NCBI GenBank assembly: GCA_043228905.1 | Contig: JBHGNT010000013.1 | Coordinates: 14,074,001-14,138,000 of the forward strand | Length of the DNA stretch: 64,000 bases | DNA from: Azolla caroliniana | Lineage: Eukaryota > Plantae > Polypodiophyta | Direction: 5' to 3' | Shown: piece by piece, positions 37,930 through 51,224 of the stretch | Layout of the letters: every line of letters starts with the position of its first letter | Position numbering within the stretch: position 1 is the stretch's first letter | Translations under genes and position numbers: made by a program | Notes under the pieces: generated by a model | The model's input: the letters and a program-made list of their open reading frames with translations, nothing else | Databases searched by the model: none | Told to the model about the DNA's origin: nothing

Positions 37930-38870
37930 ACGCATTGGTTCATTTGTTCTCTATATGTGCAAAAACCCAGTTGAAGGAAGATAGGCTTACTCCAGTTAGA
38001 GACATCCACAGTAAATTGATACACCTCCAAACTATCCTTGTCATCGGGCATGAAATAAATCGATGCCTACTATGTTCCAATTCCATTGAACAAAAGAAAC
38101 ACGGTCCTTGAGTAATGTTTCTTTTTTTTAATGCATCCCCCAATGGTAAAGCTCCAACCATAACTCTCCAAATAAATACCTTGGCTCGTAGCATCAATTG
38201 AGAACACCAACCTACCTTGATCACATGAAGCCACCAAGTGATGGGATTATGAAAACCCCATATCTTTATAACCCTTTCTTCCAACCACTTATGTTTGTCA
38301 ATCAACTTGTGATAAGCAACATTTGTTGAAATCATAATCAATCTCTTATTTCCAACAAACCTCCAATCAAGCTCTTGAGGTCACCCATCTAAATTAGGAA
38401 TTGACTCATACAAAGATAATATTTCTTGCAACTTATCCCAAATAAAGGTATAACCTTTTGGAATATGAAATGTTGATCTTATTGTTCGAAAGGTCATTGA
38501 TCTTCTTTGTGACACCAACATAGCATCCTTAATTGCAACCAAACCCAATCTAGCCATCCGATTAAATTGAAGGTTAAGAATTTGTTTACCTTCCCACTTC
38601 AACAACCTTGATGTCGCCAAAACCTCCATTTGTAATGAATTGGCACATCCCCTTTCTTATGGTGGATGCCATTCCACAAAATCCAACATACATTGCCAAG
38701 ACGTCAACAAATGATTAACTAACATAGACCCTGCACATTTGACATCCCTGTCAAAATTAATTACATTCCACCAATTAGCTTCAACCTTCATGTTTCCAGG
38801 TTTAATTGCAGAGTTCTCTCTCTCTCTCTCTCTCTGTCATTGGGGTTGGATCACTAGTGTATACCACCCT
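37930..38870 (-). mobile_element. L1-type LINE 3' fragment (zf-RVT region)
   Basis: KVFIWRV...LP...CFFC...EHSRHRFISC..T..VW motif in ORF 37940-38341. Confidence 0.7.
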
Positions 38871-39800
38871 TCCATCAGCAAAACTCGAGCCACACGTGTT
38901 CATCACCCACTCTTGCAATCTACTAACACTCCTATACCCATGATTCCATATATTGTTACACATTAGCTACATCCATTCATCCCCCCCACCCAAGTGTTGG
39001 TATCAAAGCGAAGGATTCATGTTCAATGAATGTTTAGGGTTTGGTAAAAGTTTGCTCACCGATCTCTACTGCAACTTGAGCATTTCGACCTTAGACATTG
39101 TTCTTGAAGTTGCCCATCCATTTTCTGATCCAACATTCTCTGTTGCCCATCATTTCCTGAGAGAGAATCAAGCTCAAACATTGAGCTCAAGCATTGCTCT
39201 CTGCTCGAACATTGAGCTCAAGCATTGGTCTCGACTCAAGCGTTTGACTCACCCCAAGCATTCCTCTCACCTCAAGTATTGTTTTTGAGCATTGTCTTCA
39301 AGTATTACTCTCATCTTGAGTGTTGTATTCAAGAATTAATCTCTCCTTGAATATTGTCTTCAAGCATTTGGCTTGCTTCGAGCATTGCACTCACCTTAAA
39401 CATTTGGCTCGGCCTGAGTATTGAGCTCGAACATTGCATTGCTCTTGAGGATTGCGCTTCGAGCATTGTATTTGTCTTGAGAATTGATTTAGAGGATTTC
39501 TCTTGAGCATTGCTTTGGATTCAACCATTGGTCTTGACCATTTTGAGCTCTAACATTAGGCTCGGCCTTTGGCGTTGAGGATTTAAAAGAAAAAGAGTAC
39601 TACACATCAAAATCAATGATTATGTGTTTAAGGAAGCTCGATGGATTGAATTTCAACTTCTAGAAAGCACACAAACCTATCTCATCGTAAAAGGAAAGTT
39701 AGATACAATCGAAAATAGATTGGGACATATTGAACATGGATCTCTAGAATGGCCGAAACTTGATCAGCTAGCTAGTGTGGCCATTCGTATGCATCTATTT

Positions 39801-39956
39801 GAATCAGTGTGCTTCATGCTACACTTATGTACGATAACTTACAAACTCTAATAGATGTTGTCGAACACCTATGAAAAGAAAGGGAATCAGTGTGCTTCAT
39901 GGTACACTTATGTACAACAACTTACAAACTCTAATAAGATGTTGTCGAACACCTAT
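39801..39956. repeat. Tandem duplication, 83-bp period
   Basis: GAATCAGTGTGCTTCATG.TACACTTATGTAC...GTTGTCGAACACCTAT starts at both 39801 and 39884. Confidence 0.75.
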
Positions 39957-39989
39957 AAGAAACTCATCTATCGCATAATCTAATAGCTA

Positions 39990-42900
39990 CATATGGGAAC
40001 GTGTTGAAAGGAAATTGGAAATATTTTTGGAATCCCGAGATTGGCAATCAAAATAAACATGGATTTTATGTATACCCTTAGTAGAGAAATGGAGTCAGCA
40101 GGTGCTAGATTGTCATGTATTGGTCGATGGAAGAGCTCAATACATCATCCTAATGGTCTCAGGCCTTAAGTTGGGCTTCCTTAATATTTATGCTCCGAAT
40201 CCGGGAGGGGCTACAAAGGAATTTTGGTTTAAGATAGGATTTGATTTACCGTCAGTGGATCATTAGTGTATGGTGGGTGATTTTAATATGATTGAGTATT
40301 TTGGTGATAGGACTAGAGGCTCTCATGCTTTGATAGGTGCAGTTGAGTTGATAGCTTGGGAAAGATTATGTTTATCATTTAGATTATAGGATGCATGGCA
40401 TGTTACATCTTTTGTTCGATTAAAAGATTTGACATTAAGTTTCTCTCAATCAGATAGAAGACAACAAGGGCAAAATTTGTCACGTTTGGATAGAATATAC
40501 ATTGATGATTTTTTGTTGGAAAGGGTGGGGAGATTGGTATTGTATCAGGCTCTTTGTTCTCTGATCATGCACCTGTGATTATGGTTGTTGGAAAACAACC
40601 ATATTATAACAATAGTTGTGGTCGTATTCCGAAATGGATTTATTTGGATACATCCCTTAGGCATGATATTTTACAGATGTGGAAATTGCAAAATACATCT
40701 TCTGCAAATGTCTTGCAAATGGTCAACTCTGCTATTCAGAGTACGTCGAAATTTCTTAGATTGAAAGTATTCAAGACTATGGAGCAATCTAAGTTACAAA
40801 TGGCTACTAATAGGAGGGCTTTGAAGTCTCTTCAACATTTTCAAGAAAAATGTCCACATGCATCTTGGGTTGAACTGCAGTTGGGTCACTTAAGAAATGA
40901 ATATATATCTCAAACAAAGTTTCATACTACTGCGACGAAGTGGACTCGATTAGGTGATAATGTGAATTCCAAATTTTTTGCATATTATAAAAGTAGTCAT
41001 TCAAGTATGTGTATGAGACAGGTTCAAAGGGAAGATAGGTCTATTACAAAGGACACTAATGAAAAGAGGGACATTGCTACGTCTTTTTATAAAAATCTAG
41101 TAACAACCGAATAATTTTCGGTTCAACACCTCCAAAAAAGAAAAAAAGTTTTGGACTGTTTGGAACATAAGGTCTCAAATGAGATGGTTGAATCATTGGT
41201 AAAGGCAATCTCTTCTACATAGGTAAGTGCCGCATTGGTGGTTGTTGAGAAGAATGTATGCCCATGAATCACCAAAATTCTTTTTAGAATATTGGGATGA
41301 TATATCCAATGTTTTCACATCCTCTTTACAAGAAGTTTTTATGTTGTGAAGGATGCCTACTGAATGGAATGAGGGAATGGTTTACTTCATTCCAAAGCTA
41401 AAAGGTTTGGTGGATGATATTAAGAAATGGAGGCATGTAACTATTTTAAATATTGTATATAAAGTTTATGCTAAATTATTAGCTACAACATTTGCAACAT
41501 TTTCTTCCACATATTGTACATAAAAACTCAAACATGCTTTGTACAGGAAAGGAGCATATTTGATAATATTTTCATGTTTTGGGAGATGATAGCAATAGTG
41601 CAAGAAACAAAACAAGAATTAACAATATTGCATTTGGATTTTGAGAAAGCATATGACAGAGTCGATTGGAATTTTTTTTACGAAGTTATGGGCCGTCTAG
41701 GTCTTCTAGGTGACTATGTTAAGGCTGTTTTTGCATTATATAATTCAGCATCTAATTGAGTTACTGTTGGAGGAGCACTAGGTAATAATTTTCCGATTAC
41801 TAGATTGGTGAGACAAGGATGTCCTTTGGCTCCATATATATTTCTATTTGTGGGAGACGCCTTTAGTGCATTCTTGCATAAGAATAAGTGATCTATTAAG
41901 GGTATAGAGTGGCCAGGTGTGGAGGAGGTTGTGTTAGACTGTGAATTTGCAGATGACACAACATTATATGTTGTAGGAGATGATAGAAATCTCTGTAATG
42001 TGCAAAATGTGATCCATGATTTCTGTGATGCTTCAGGTGCTATTATTAATTAGCATAAATCAGTGGGATTTTGGGTTGGGGAAGGTCACACTCCTACTTG
42101 GTGTCCAAACATTGGATTCTGTTGGATACCAAAGGGCTCTCTTGTAAGATATTTAGGGTGTCAAGTGGGAATTCATCTTCATCCAGAAGCTCATATCCAA
42201 CCATCACCGCATTCTTTGAGGAAGAAGTTGATCTTTTGGTGTTCTAAGAATTTGTCACTTGTGGGGAGGCTAGTTATTTCTAATCAAGTATTACTCTCCT
42301 CAATGTGGTATATTCTATCATGCTGGTTATTCTCTAGATCTTTGTTGTCAAAGTTACAAAGGTTGAGTAGGATTTTTTTATGGGGATCTACTGATTTTAA
42401 GAATGTTAGACCAAAGGTAACTTGGAAAGCTATTATAGCGCCGACTTCTCAAGGGGATTTAGGTTTGGTAGATCCTCTAATGCAATGTAAGGCATTATTG
42501 GCGGTCTTCCCAAATATTGGGGGTAAATGAACAATGTCTCTCCGATGATGGTTTATTCCTAACTTCCATTCGCATAGGATAGTGTTTCAAAATGAAAGGT
42601 TCTTTCACTGCGATAAAGTGATCCTAGTGGTCCTTAAAGGATAATTTGCAACAAGTCCAGCCCACTTTGATGGATGAATGGTTACATCAACCATTGGTTT
42701 GGAATCCATTATTTCTAGATGATGAAATATCTATGTTGGGGAGGAGAGTCAGATTAAATTGGGTTCAAGTGGATTCATCTTTTGTCTCATCGCTTAGTAA
42801 TTGGCAACAATTTGTTCATAATCCTATTCATATTATTCAACAAGAGTATAGAGGAATAAGAGGAGGAAAGGTGATAGTTGATGAGTTAAGGATGTTGCAG

Positions 42901-43900
42901 TTACCCTTGCAAGATAATATACTTTCTAATTATCATAAGTGGGTGGGATTATTTTCATATTTTTAGATTTTACTTGGAGTCTGTGGCCTTAGAGATGATG
43001 ATACTTTCTTAAGTTATGATGTTCTACAAGATGGTTCCCCGAGAACATGAATGTTTGGTTGAGGCTACATTAAAACCTATTAGAATTCTAACTAAGGTAG
43101 AGACTGATTGGGTCCTTGTCCTTGATCCCAATGATGTTCATCCATGATGGGATCTATGGGTAATGGGGAAAAAACCATTATGTGAATGGAATGCGACCCA
43201 GGGGAATGGAAGTGGCTACCTACATCATATTCTGGAGAGGATGTTAGGCCGATTCCGTTTTTTCATTATTGTTCATTATGTCGTTCCTATTCGGGTTTGG
43301 ATGTATTGTAAAGATGTGGATAAGATGTGTGATTTTTTTGGGTTAGAAGTGGAGTCTTTTCATCACCTATTTTGGTCATGTATGGCTGCCAATTTGGTTT
43401 GGAAAAAGTTTTTACGTCCCTTACATGAGGTGTATGGCTCTAGAGTATATAAATGGGGGGCAGTGATGTGGGTTGATATTAAGGGTGAGGTACAAGATTA
43501 TGAAAAATAAAAGGTTAACTTTGCATTATATACAAGAGGTCGATATGTTGAGGAAGTGTCACCATGTATGCCTATTAATTCAGTCAAGAAAGGTTAACTT
43601 GTGGGTTTTGTGGACTAATAGATGTCGGAGGATATTTCAACAAATTCAATGGAATGTTGTGGATGTAGTCAAGGAGATTTGGGTGACCTTGGTGCATACA
43701 CTAAAAGGAGAATATGATGCTATGAAAGGTGATTTAGATGTAGTTTTTCAAAAGCAAGACGTTTTTAAGAAGAGATAGGAAAGGATGAAGGTATTCTGCA
43801 TGGTTAGTGGTTGTATACGTTAGAGGTATCGACCACCGCTCTGGGTATTTCCTCCACCAACATGAGGCATGTGGCCATATGTAAATAACTATTATTACTA
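39990..43900 (+). mobile_element. Decayed L1/Tx1-type LINE ORF2 (APE endonuclease, RT, zf-RVT)
   Basis: Motifs NIYAPN, GDFN, SRLDRIY, SDH; LDFEKAYDRV, RQGCPLAPY, FADD; C..C...ESFHHLFWSC. Many stops. Confidence 0.85.
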
Positions 43901-43999
43901 ATGCTTTGGGACATATGTATGTCTATAATAGTTCACGAGCAATTGAAAAGGTAAAAATCTATGCTGAAATTTCATGTAAATCGCTTTAAACATAATATA

Positions 44000-46680
44000 A
44001 ACCATTGTTGGAAAAAAGAAGAAGAAAGTGGCATCAACAAAGATATACCTCATTCGGTATCTTTACAATATTTGAATGAAAAATCTGACTTTGTCCTTGC
44101 TCACGTGAATGTCCATGAGGACATTGTCTCACATTTTTCAGCCCAACCAATTCTATGAGCCAAAACAAGTTGTGGTGGGACTCTCAAACTTGCAATTACT
44201 ACAAGAAGCCCGGACATACAATGTCCAAATGTCAAGCCTTGAAGGCTAAGAATGACAAAGCTCAAAGATATGGACAATTCAAAAAGGGAACGGATGGAAG
44301 AGGTGAACCATGTCGCTTGAATCTCTTTTATCAAACTAACCAGTCGACAGAAGTTGTTGATATGACCAAGGATGATTCAAAAGTTGATGTGAACATATTT
44401 ACTCTGGAGAGCACCATTGAAGTGGAACTTCTACTTACCATGAATGGAGCTACCAATCGCCTTCTTGACTCCGAGTTTCCTATCATGTCACTCCATTCCA
44501 ATCCAAGTTCCAACAGTACATTAAGAAGGATTTCAAGTCGGTTCGAGTGAGCAACTCACAACATTGTGTTATGATCAACATTGGACAGGTGGAACTTAAA
44601 CTTGTAGTTCTACTCTAATTCTACACAATCTCCATCATGTCCTTTAATTTGAACGGATCTTTGATCTTAGTTGGACAACTCCACGGAAATGGTTTTTGGA
44701 CAAGCTTCTTGACAAGCTAATGGTCAATCCACATAGGAGACCTCAAACTTGCTCAAGGATCCAAGGTACACATTTTGTACCCTCTACATGTCACTCGACG
44801 AGAGAGTGTCTTATTCTCGCCCCATCTTCTAGTGTCCTTATTATGGCACAAGAGTCCTGCATACTTGACCAAAACCGGCATCACACATCAATCAAAGGCC
44901 GGCCACATTTCCCAATTCTCCTATTTTGACCATCAATTATGTGAGCATTGCCAATATTAAAAACATGCATCCTCGCCTCACTTGACTAACAGACCAAGAG
45001 AATTAAAACCCCTCAATTACGTTCATTTGGACATCTCCAAACTTATGCCACACTAGTGTTTTGGTGGTACCTTATGCTTTATAACATTAATTGATCATGC
45101 TACCCCGAAGGTTCAATAAGGAAAGGCAAAGTCTTAGCCATCTTTCAAGACTGAATCACAATGGTCAAGCATCAAACAAATAAAAGGTTGAAATGTTTAT
45201 GATCCAATAATGTGGTAGAGCACAAATCCAACAAATTCACATTCTTTTGCAAACAAAGAGGTATCCAACGTGGTGAAGTGTTTACCCTTGTTCTCAAGGA
45301 TGATGAAAGAGAGTTGGAGTCTCAATCCCAAAAGTGCATTTTTCTTGGTTATGACTTTAATGGAAATGTTGGTTATCAACTATGAGACCCCAATACTAAG
45401 CAAATTATTCAAAGTTTGGGCATACCACACCCTACATATGCGATCAACTACCCAACAACTAGTTGGTGTTGCACTTCAAACCTTACCAACAATAATCAAC
45501 ACCTCAGCCACGTCAAAAGGGATCAATGATGGTTCAATGAGTCTAGTCCTACCACACCAATCCGAGAGACTCTCTCACCCAGTCGAAAGGTATTCACCCA
45601 ATGTTTTCTTCATAGATGTCGGTAAACCTTCAAAATACAAAGAAGCTACAACAACAACCAAGTTAGCTATAATTGACAACTAGCTATGGAGTCAAAGATG
45701 AGTTCCATTTGATAAAACAACACATGGGACTTAGTCCACTGCCAAAGAATCAACGAGCAATTCTATGTAGATATATCTTCAAACTCAAGCAAACATCCAA
45801 TTCACCTAGTCCTAAGTCGAAGGCCAAGTTAGTTGCAAAGGGTTTTAGACAAGAAAACAACGTCGATTTTGACAATATTGTTTCATTAGGTTGAAAATGA
45901 AAACCCTTCAATTCTTACTTGAGCTAGTAGCTACCGAGGACTTAAAGCTTCTTCAACTAACTACATGTCAAAATGGCCATCCTCCATGGTGATTTTGACG
46001 AGGAAATTTATATATATATAAAAATAGATAATTTCATGCAATTGGTTAGATTTTCTCAGACTGATGAGGACCACGCCCTATACTTAAAAGGCACATCCAA
46101 TAGTTCAACAATCCATCTCATCATGTACGTGGATAATATGTTGCTTGTTGGCTGAAATGTTTGTGAACTTGTAGAATTCTGATGGCAACGGCAATTGTAA
46201 CCATGAATTACCTAGGTCCGTGCAATGCATTTTCATGATGAAAATCACATGGCATAGAACCACTCGATACATGTACCTCTCTGAGGTTGATTACATAAAA
46301 TCTTTTGGAGAGATTCAACATGTATTTGGCCAAATTTGCAATCACGCCGCTATTTTCTAGCATTAGGCTTTCTCGAAAAGATTGCCTAGTGTCAAATCTA
46401 GATGGGGATCATATGAAGTTCGTAACATACACATCAACCATTGGCTCTTTGGTGCACAAGATGGTCATAACCCGAGCTAACTTAGTGCATGTGATGGGCA
46501 CAGAAACAAGGTTTATGGACAACCTTTGCTGACTACACTGGAATGCTCTAAAGCATATGTTCAAATATTTGATTGGCACACAAGACTCGAGCATCAAATT
46601 TAGCCTTACAAAACCTAAATTTGACACATCTTGATTAGTTAGTTGTACAAATCTCGACTATGCTGGATGACTAGAAAGAC
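44000..46680 (+). mobile_element. Highly decayed Ty1/copia internal region
   Basis: CNYYKKPGH..SKC knuckle, LLDS protease, CEHCQY, AKLVAKGFRQ, ILHGDFDEEIY, MYVDNML. Confidence 0.7.
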
Positions 46681-48814
46681 AAAAATCAACCTTTGGTTTT
46701 TTTTCCTCTCCCCAAACACAATCCTCTCATATTCATATTGTGCGTAATCCTCATTCATAAAGTTCTTGAACATCAAGAGACACATGTGAAAATGTTCCAC
46801 TCTTAGTTTCATTGGCGATATCTTACCTCTTAGAAAGTTTGAAAATCTCTCTCCCACACTAGCAAGTCATGGTTTTATTGGTCAACAAGTCTCAAATTCC
46901 AAACTAGCCAATTTCTTTAGACACATCTAGGATACAACATGGAACACTTTGCCCCTCTTCACCCATACCCACCAAGTCCATAGTACTAGATATCTTTTCC
47001 CATGACCTCACTTGGGTTCATAAAAAATGAGAAAACACAAGTTAAATCAGATATTTCAACCTCGTAACAAAACTATAGCCATTATCATCTAAATGATACA
47101 AAACTCTTATGCATAAGTGCTTGTTTTTCTAATAATATAGAATTTGGTGGCATAGGTTTCAATCAATAATCAATTCATCATGTTCATACATTTGCCATTT
47201 ACAATATTTTATTACAAATATTGTTCTAATTTCCTCATTGTATGACCTTAACTAAAAATTACATATTACAAAAATTACAAAAAGCACTAATATTTTCTCA
47301 GCCTATTTCAAAAACATTACCTTGTTTATGTACTACCACATAAAATTTCTTGTAATGAAAATTCAAAGGAGAGAAGCTTGAAGTGTTTTATAGGAGCTGA
47401 CTAAAGTTCATGCCACATAAGGAGCACATGACAAGCAACCTAGCATAATATCTCACATGCAAAACATCTCTTACACTTCTTACATCCTTAACTAAATTAC
47501 ACTTCTGTGTTTTACTCATTGATAGGCTTCAATTCTGCTATACTACCACATACTAACTTAACTCGATAAAAACTTGTTAAGTCTACATTCATAGCATGAT
47601 CCCCATTGAATCAGATTATTCATTTCCAAATAAAAACTCATTGAAGCCACGTTCATGGCATGCTCTCCATTGACTCAGATTATCCCTTATTTTCATCAAA
47701 ACCACAAACATCATTTTGAACTTAAGAGGAGCCATTTAGCCTCAAGTCAATTTGATACACATAGATTCAACCTCGAAAATTACTATCCATTTGAATTCAT
47801 GGTTTGCAACATCCAACAAGAAACCATGAAAATGCAAATCACCACATTAGGTTATGAAAGCACCCTAAAAAGAATGTCAACACGTGACCTTTGATAATAA
47901 ATAGTTCCAAAAGGTGAAATACAAAGAACAAATCATAACTAGCTATCAAGAAAATGATTAAGAAACCACCCAGAATATGCATAGGAATCTTATATATTAC
48001 AAGTAAAAACTCTGCTTTATACAGACATGAGCACACTCAATCTTTACAAGCCTATATCTGTGACATAAGTCTGAACATTCTGATTCAATAAACTCATCCA
48101 ATTTCACAGATCTGCTGGTCATAAAAAACTGAAACCAGATTAATGACAGCAGTAATATATCTTTTACCGAAGACCATGAATATCTGTTCTTTCCAAGCTG
48201 AAAATAATTATGATAAATAGTTCTATGGACATATTTGCATAGGTATACTTCGAAATGAATTTTATTTCCTTCAAATAGGCAAGACACCCATATGAATCTC
48301 AACTAAGTTGATTATAATGTTGTAGTTACATAACATTTTACAGGGGCAAAGAATCCAGGTATACACAACTCAACCAAAACTATGCTTTTGCACTCTGATA
48401 ACAGATTTCTGACGAGCATTGATCTCAAATAACAGATTTCCGACGAGCATTGATCTCAAATAAAATTGCTCCTGTCTCACTTGAATCAAAAAGTTGCACC
48501 TTACAAAGCTAGAAGGGTTCCCCTTTTATTCTCTCCCAATATCTGTTTTCAGTGGCTTTTTATAGGAACAAAAGCTGTAGTGTACATGGAATTCGTTCCA
48601 TTAACGATTACGTGAATCTCAGCTCAACTTAACAATTTGAGGCACTTGCACTAATTCCACTCAAAATCATCAAATATGGCCTGAAGAAAATATATATAGA
48701 AGTTAGGGCTTCACCAAAATAAACTGCCAAGAAAACTGGGTTGCCTATTTGCAATCAAACCATCAGGTGATCAAGGGCGTTGTATATGTAAATCCATTTG
48801 TAAAGTGTTTTACA

Positions 48815-51185
48815 CTAACGGATAGGCGTAAGTATCCTCTGTTGTTCCGCTGTTACCTGTTCCAATCAAACTACTAAGATAAGGTACATATATACAATCC
48901 AGAGCTTTGGCCAACAATGAATAACTCAAAGGTTGTGACACTACTAGAAGGATATAAAGTTAGACTTATTTTGTTTTTTATAAAGGATCCTAAATAAAAT
49001 ATAAAGAAAGTGCTTACAATCTTATCATTGTAAGGAACAAGCTCGAATGGATCCTCCTCAAATATGGCCCCATTCTCCTTCATTAATCTTGCAAGATCCT
49101 GCATTATAGAAGTTGTAGATATAAGTACGTTCTACCCGCTATTTCATCAATTATATGATAAAGAATTTCAACTGATCATTTTTGTTGTTCGCATTAACAA
49201 GGATCAATAACAAATGGATTTTAGTGATCTTTGAATAATTCATGACATTATCAAGTTACTAGACGGTAGATATCTTCCAAGGAACTTTAAGAAATCAATA
49301 AAACCAATATTGAAATATTTCAGCGATTGTAACTTCTCATGATGGAAGAAATAATTATTCGTTTTAATTATGCGACTCATGATTTTATCAGAATACAAAA
49401 AAAATTATATCTTTCATATTCCTAGTTTTTTATTTGTTGACGGTTGTTTTATATGCTTACTCAACTGATAGCTCCAAGATGTTTGACGAGGGATCCAGGC
49501 TTTGTTCTTTAAATTAGAACTATCTTATAAATTTTTAGAATACAAGAGGAGAATTTTACAACATCACATTTATTGAATATATCACCTTCTTAGAAATGGA
49601 ATCAAACTGCAAAAGATGCTCAAGAAGTGCATCTAACACATTCCGGTTCTTTGCAATCATTTCTGCTGCTCTATCAGTTGCAGCCTCATAAAGCTGCAAG
49701 AAGATGTTTACAACTTCATGTCAGCCATTGAATCCTCCATAAATGTAATCAATGATGAAAGTTATTGGCATACCTCACGCGCTTTAGCTTCTAATTCAAG
49801 TTCCAAATCATCACCCATACTCAACGTAACATCCTGTGTTTAAGGAAGGCATCAGTTGTTCCTCTGCTGAGGGTTTGTCAAAAGCAAGGTACTGAAGACA
49901 AAGAAACAAAATTCTGAAGGAAGACTATGTAGAAACCAAAAGTCTAAGTTACCACAATGCAAGCCTGGTAACTGTAAAACCTAAACGCTGTCACCCATAT
50001 ACAATTGAAGTTGCCAAACCAAAAACTCATGATCTTATTACCAAAAATGTATAAAGCATCATAAACCATACACTATTTCAAGATGGCCATTACAAATTAC
50101 TTTGCACTGTAAAGTTGTAACTTGTCAACAAATAGGTTTACCTTAGATGGTGAAGCATATATTGTGGGGCTGTTATCAGGTCCCCATCCATACTCCAAGA
50201 CCATTGAAGACGCAATCTACAGGATGAATTTTAGGGTTTGAAGTATCAATGTTTAAATGTCTTAAGAAACGTGCGTAACTAAAGTTCTAGTCTGTGAGCC
50301 TTACAGAGCAAGTCTTACCTTCTTTGCCTCTTGGATTTCATATTTTGACAAATCGTTCTGCTCACCAAAAGGTAATAGTAGTTGTGCAGCAATAGATGAA
50401 CCAAAACAAAGAACTAATTTCTTTTCATAGTATGACCTTGTAAGTGTTTTCGTTTCCTCATAGCCACCTTCTCTCCTCTTTGAAAACCTCGTAAAGCCAA
50501 TGCCCTACAATTCACCCACCAACAGGCATTAAAAATATGGAACCTTGAAAGTAAAAATCATAGACCCCTTCTCATTGAGTTGCTAGAAAAAGCCCTCCAT
50601 TGAGAGTACGCTTACTGTGTTCTGGTAAGAGAGCTTTTGAGGCATATTATAGAAACTAATAATACCTCCCATGAACTTTTGTCAAGCCAAACATTCTCAA
50701 CAATGTCAAAATTTGGAAGCAGGGCACAGATCAAGCCACGTCCAGCAGCCCAGACAGCGTGCGGAAATTTAAATTCCCTTGTCCACTGTCAACACGCATC
50801 AATACTAGTATTAATTTGATGCAGCCCTTTCTAGCAAGCCATTTTTATTGATTTACAAGTTTCAATGTGCAGTATGTGTTTCTAATTGAAATATGATTTC
50901 AAACTTGTTATTCCATGAACTGCAGAATTTAGAAAAGAAATGTTGTCCCATATTAAAAACGAAATGTCTCTCTGAAAATGTTGTCCCATATTAGAAAAGA
51001 AAAGAATTTAAAAGTGTTCATTGATGACAATTTAATGTTCAGAGACTGAATGGAAACGTTGGACCCAACCACCATCTCTTACAAAACACAAGTGATCCAC
51101 ATCAAGTGACAGGAAAGACAGAAGTCTAAAGCGATATATTCATGTGTATGTCTGCTTCTACTTGTTTAGAAAGCTTCATAGAGAC

Positions 51186-51224
<39 letters not shown>

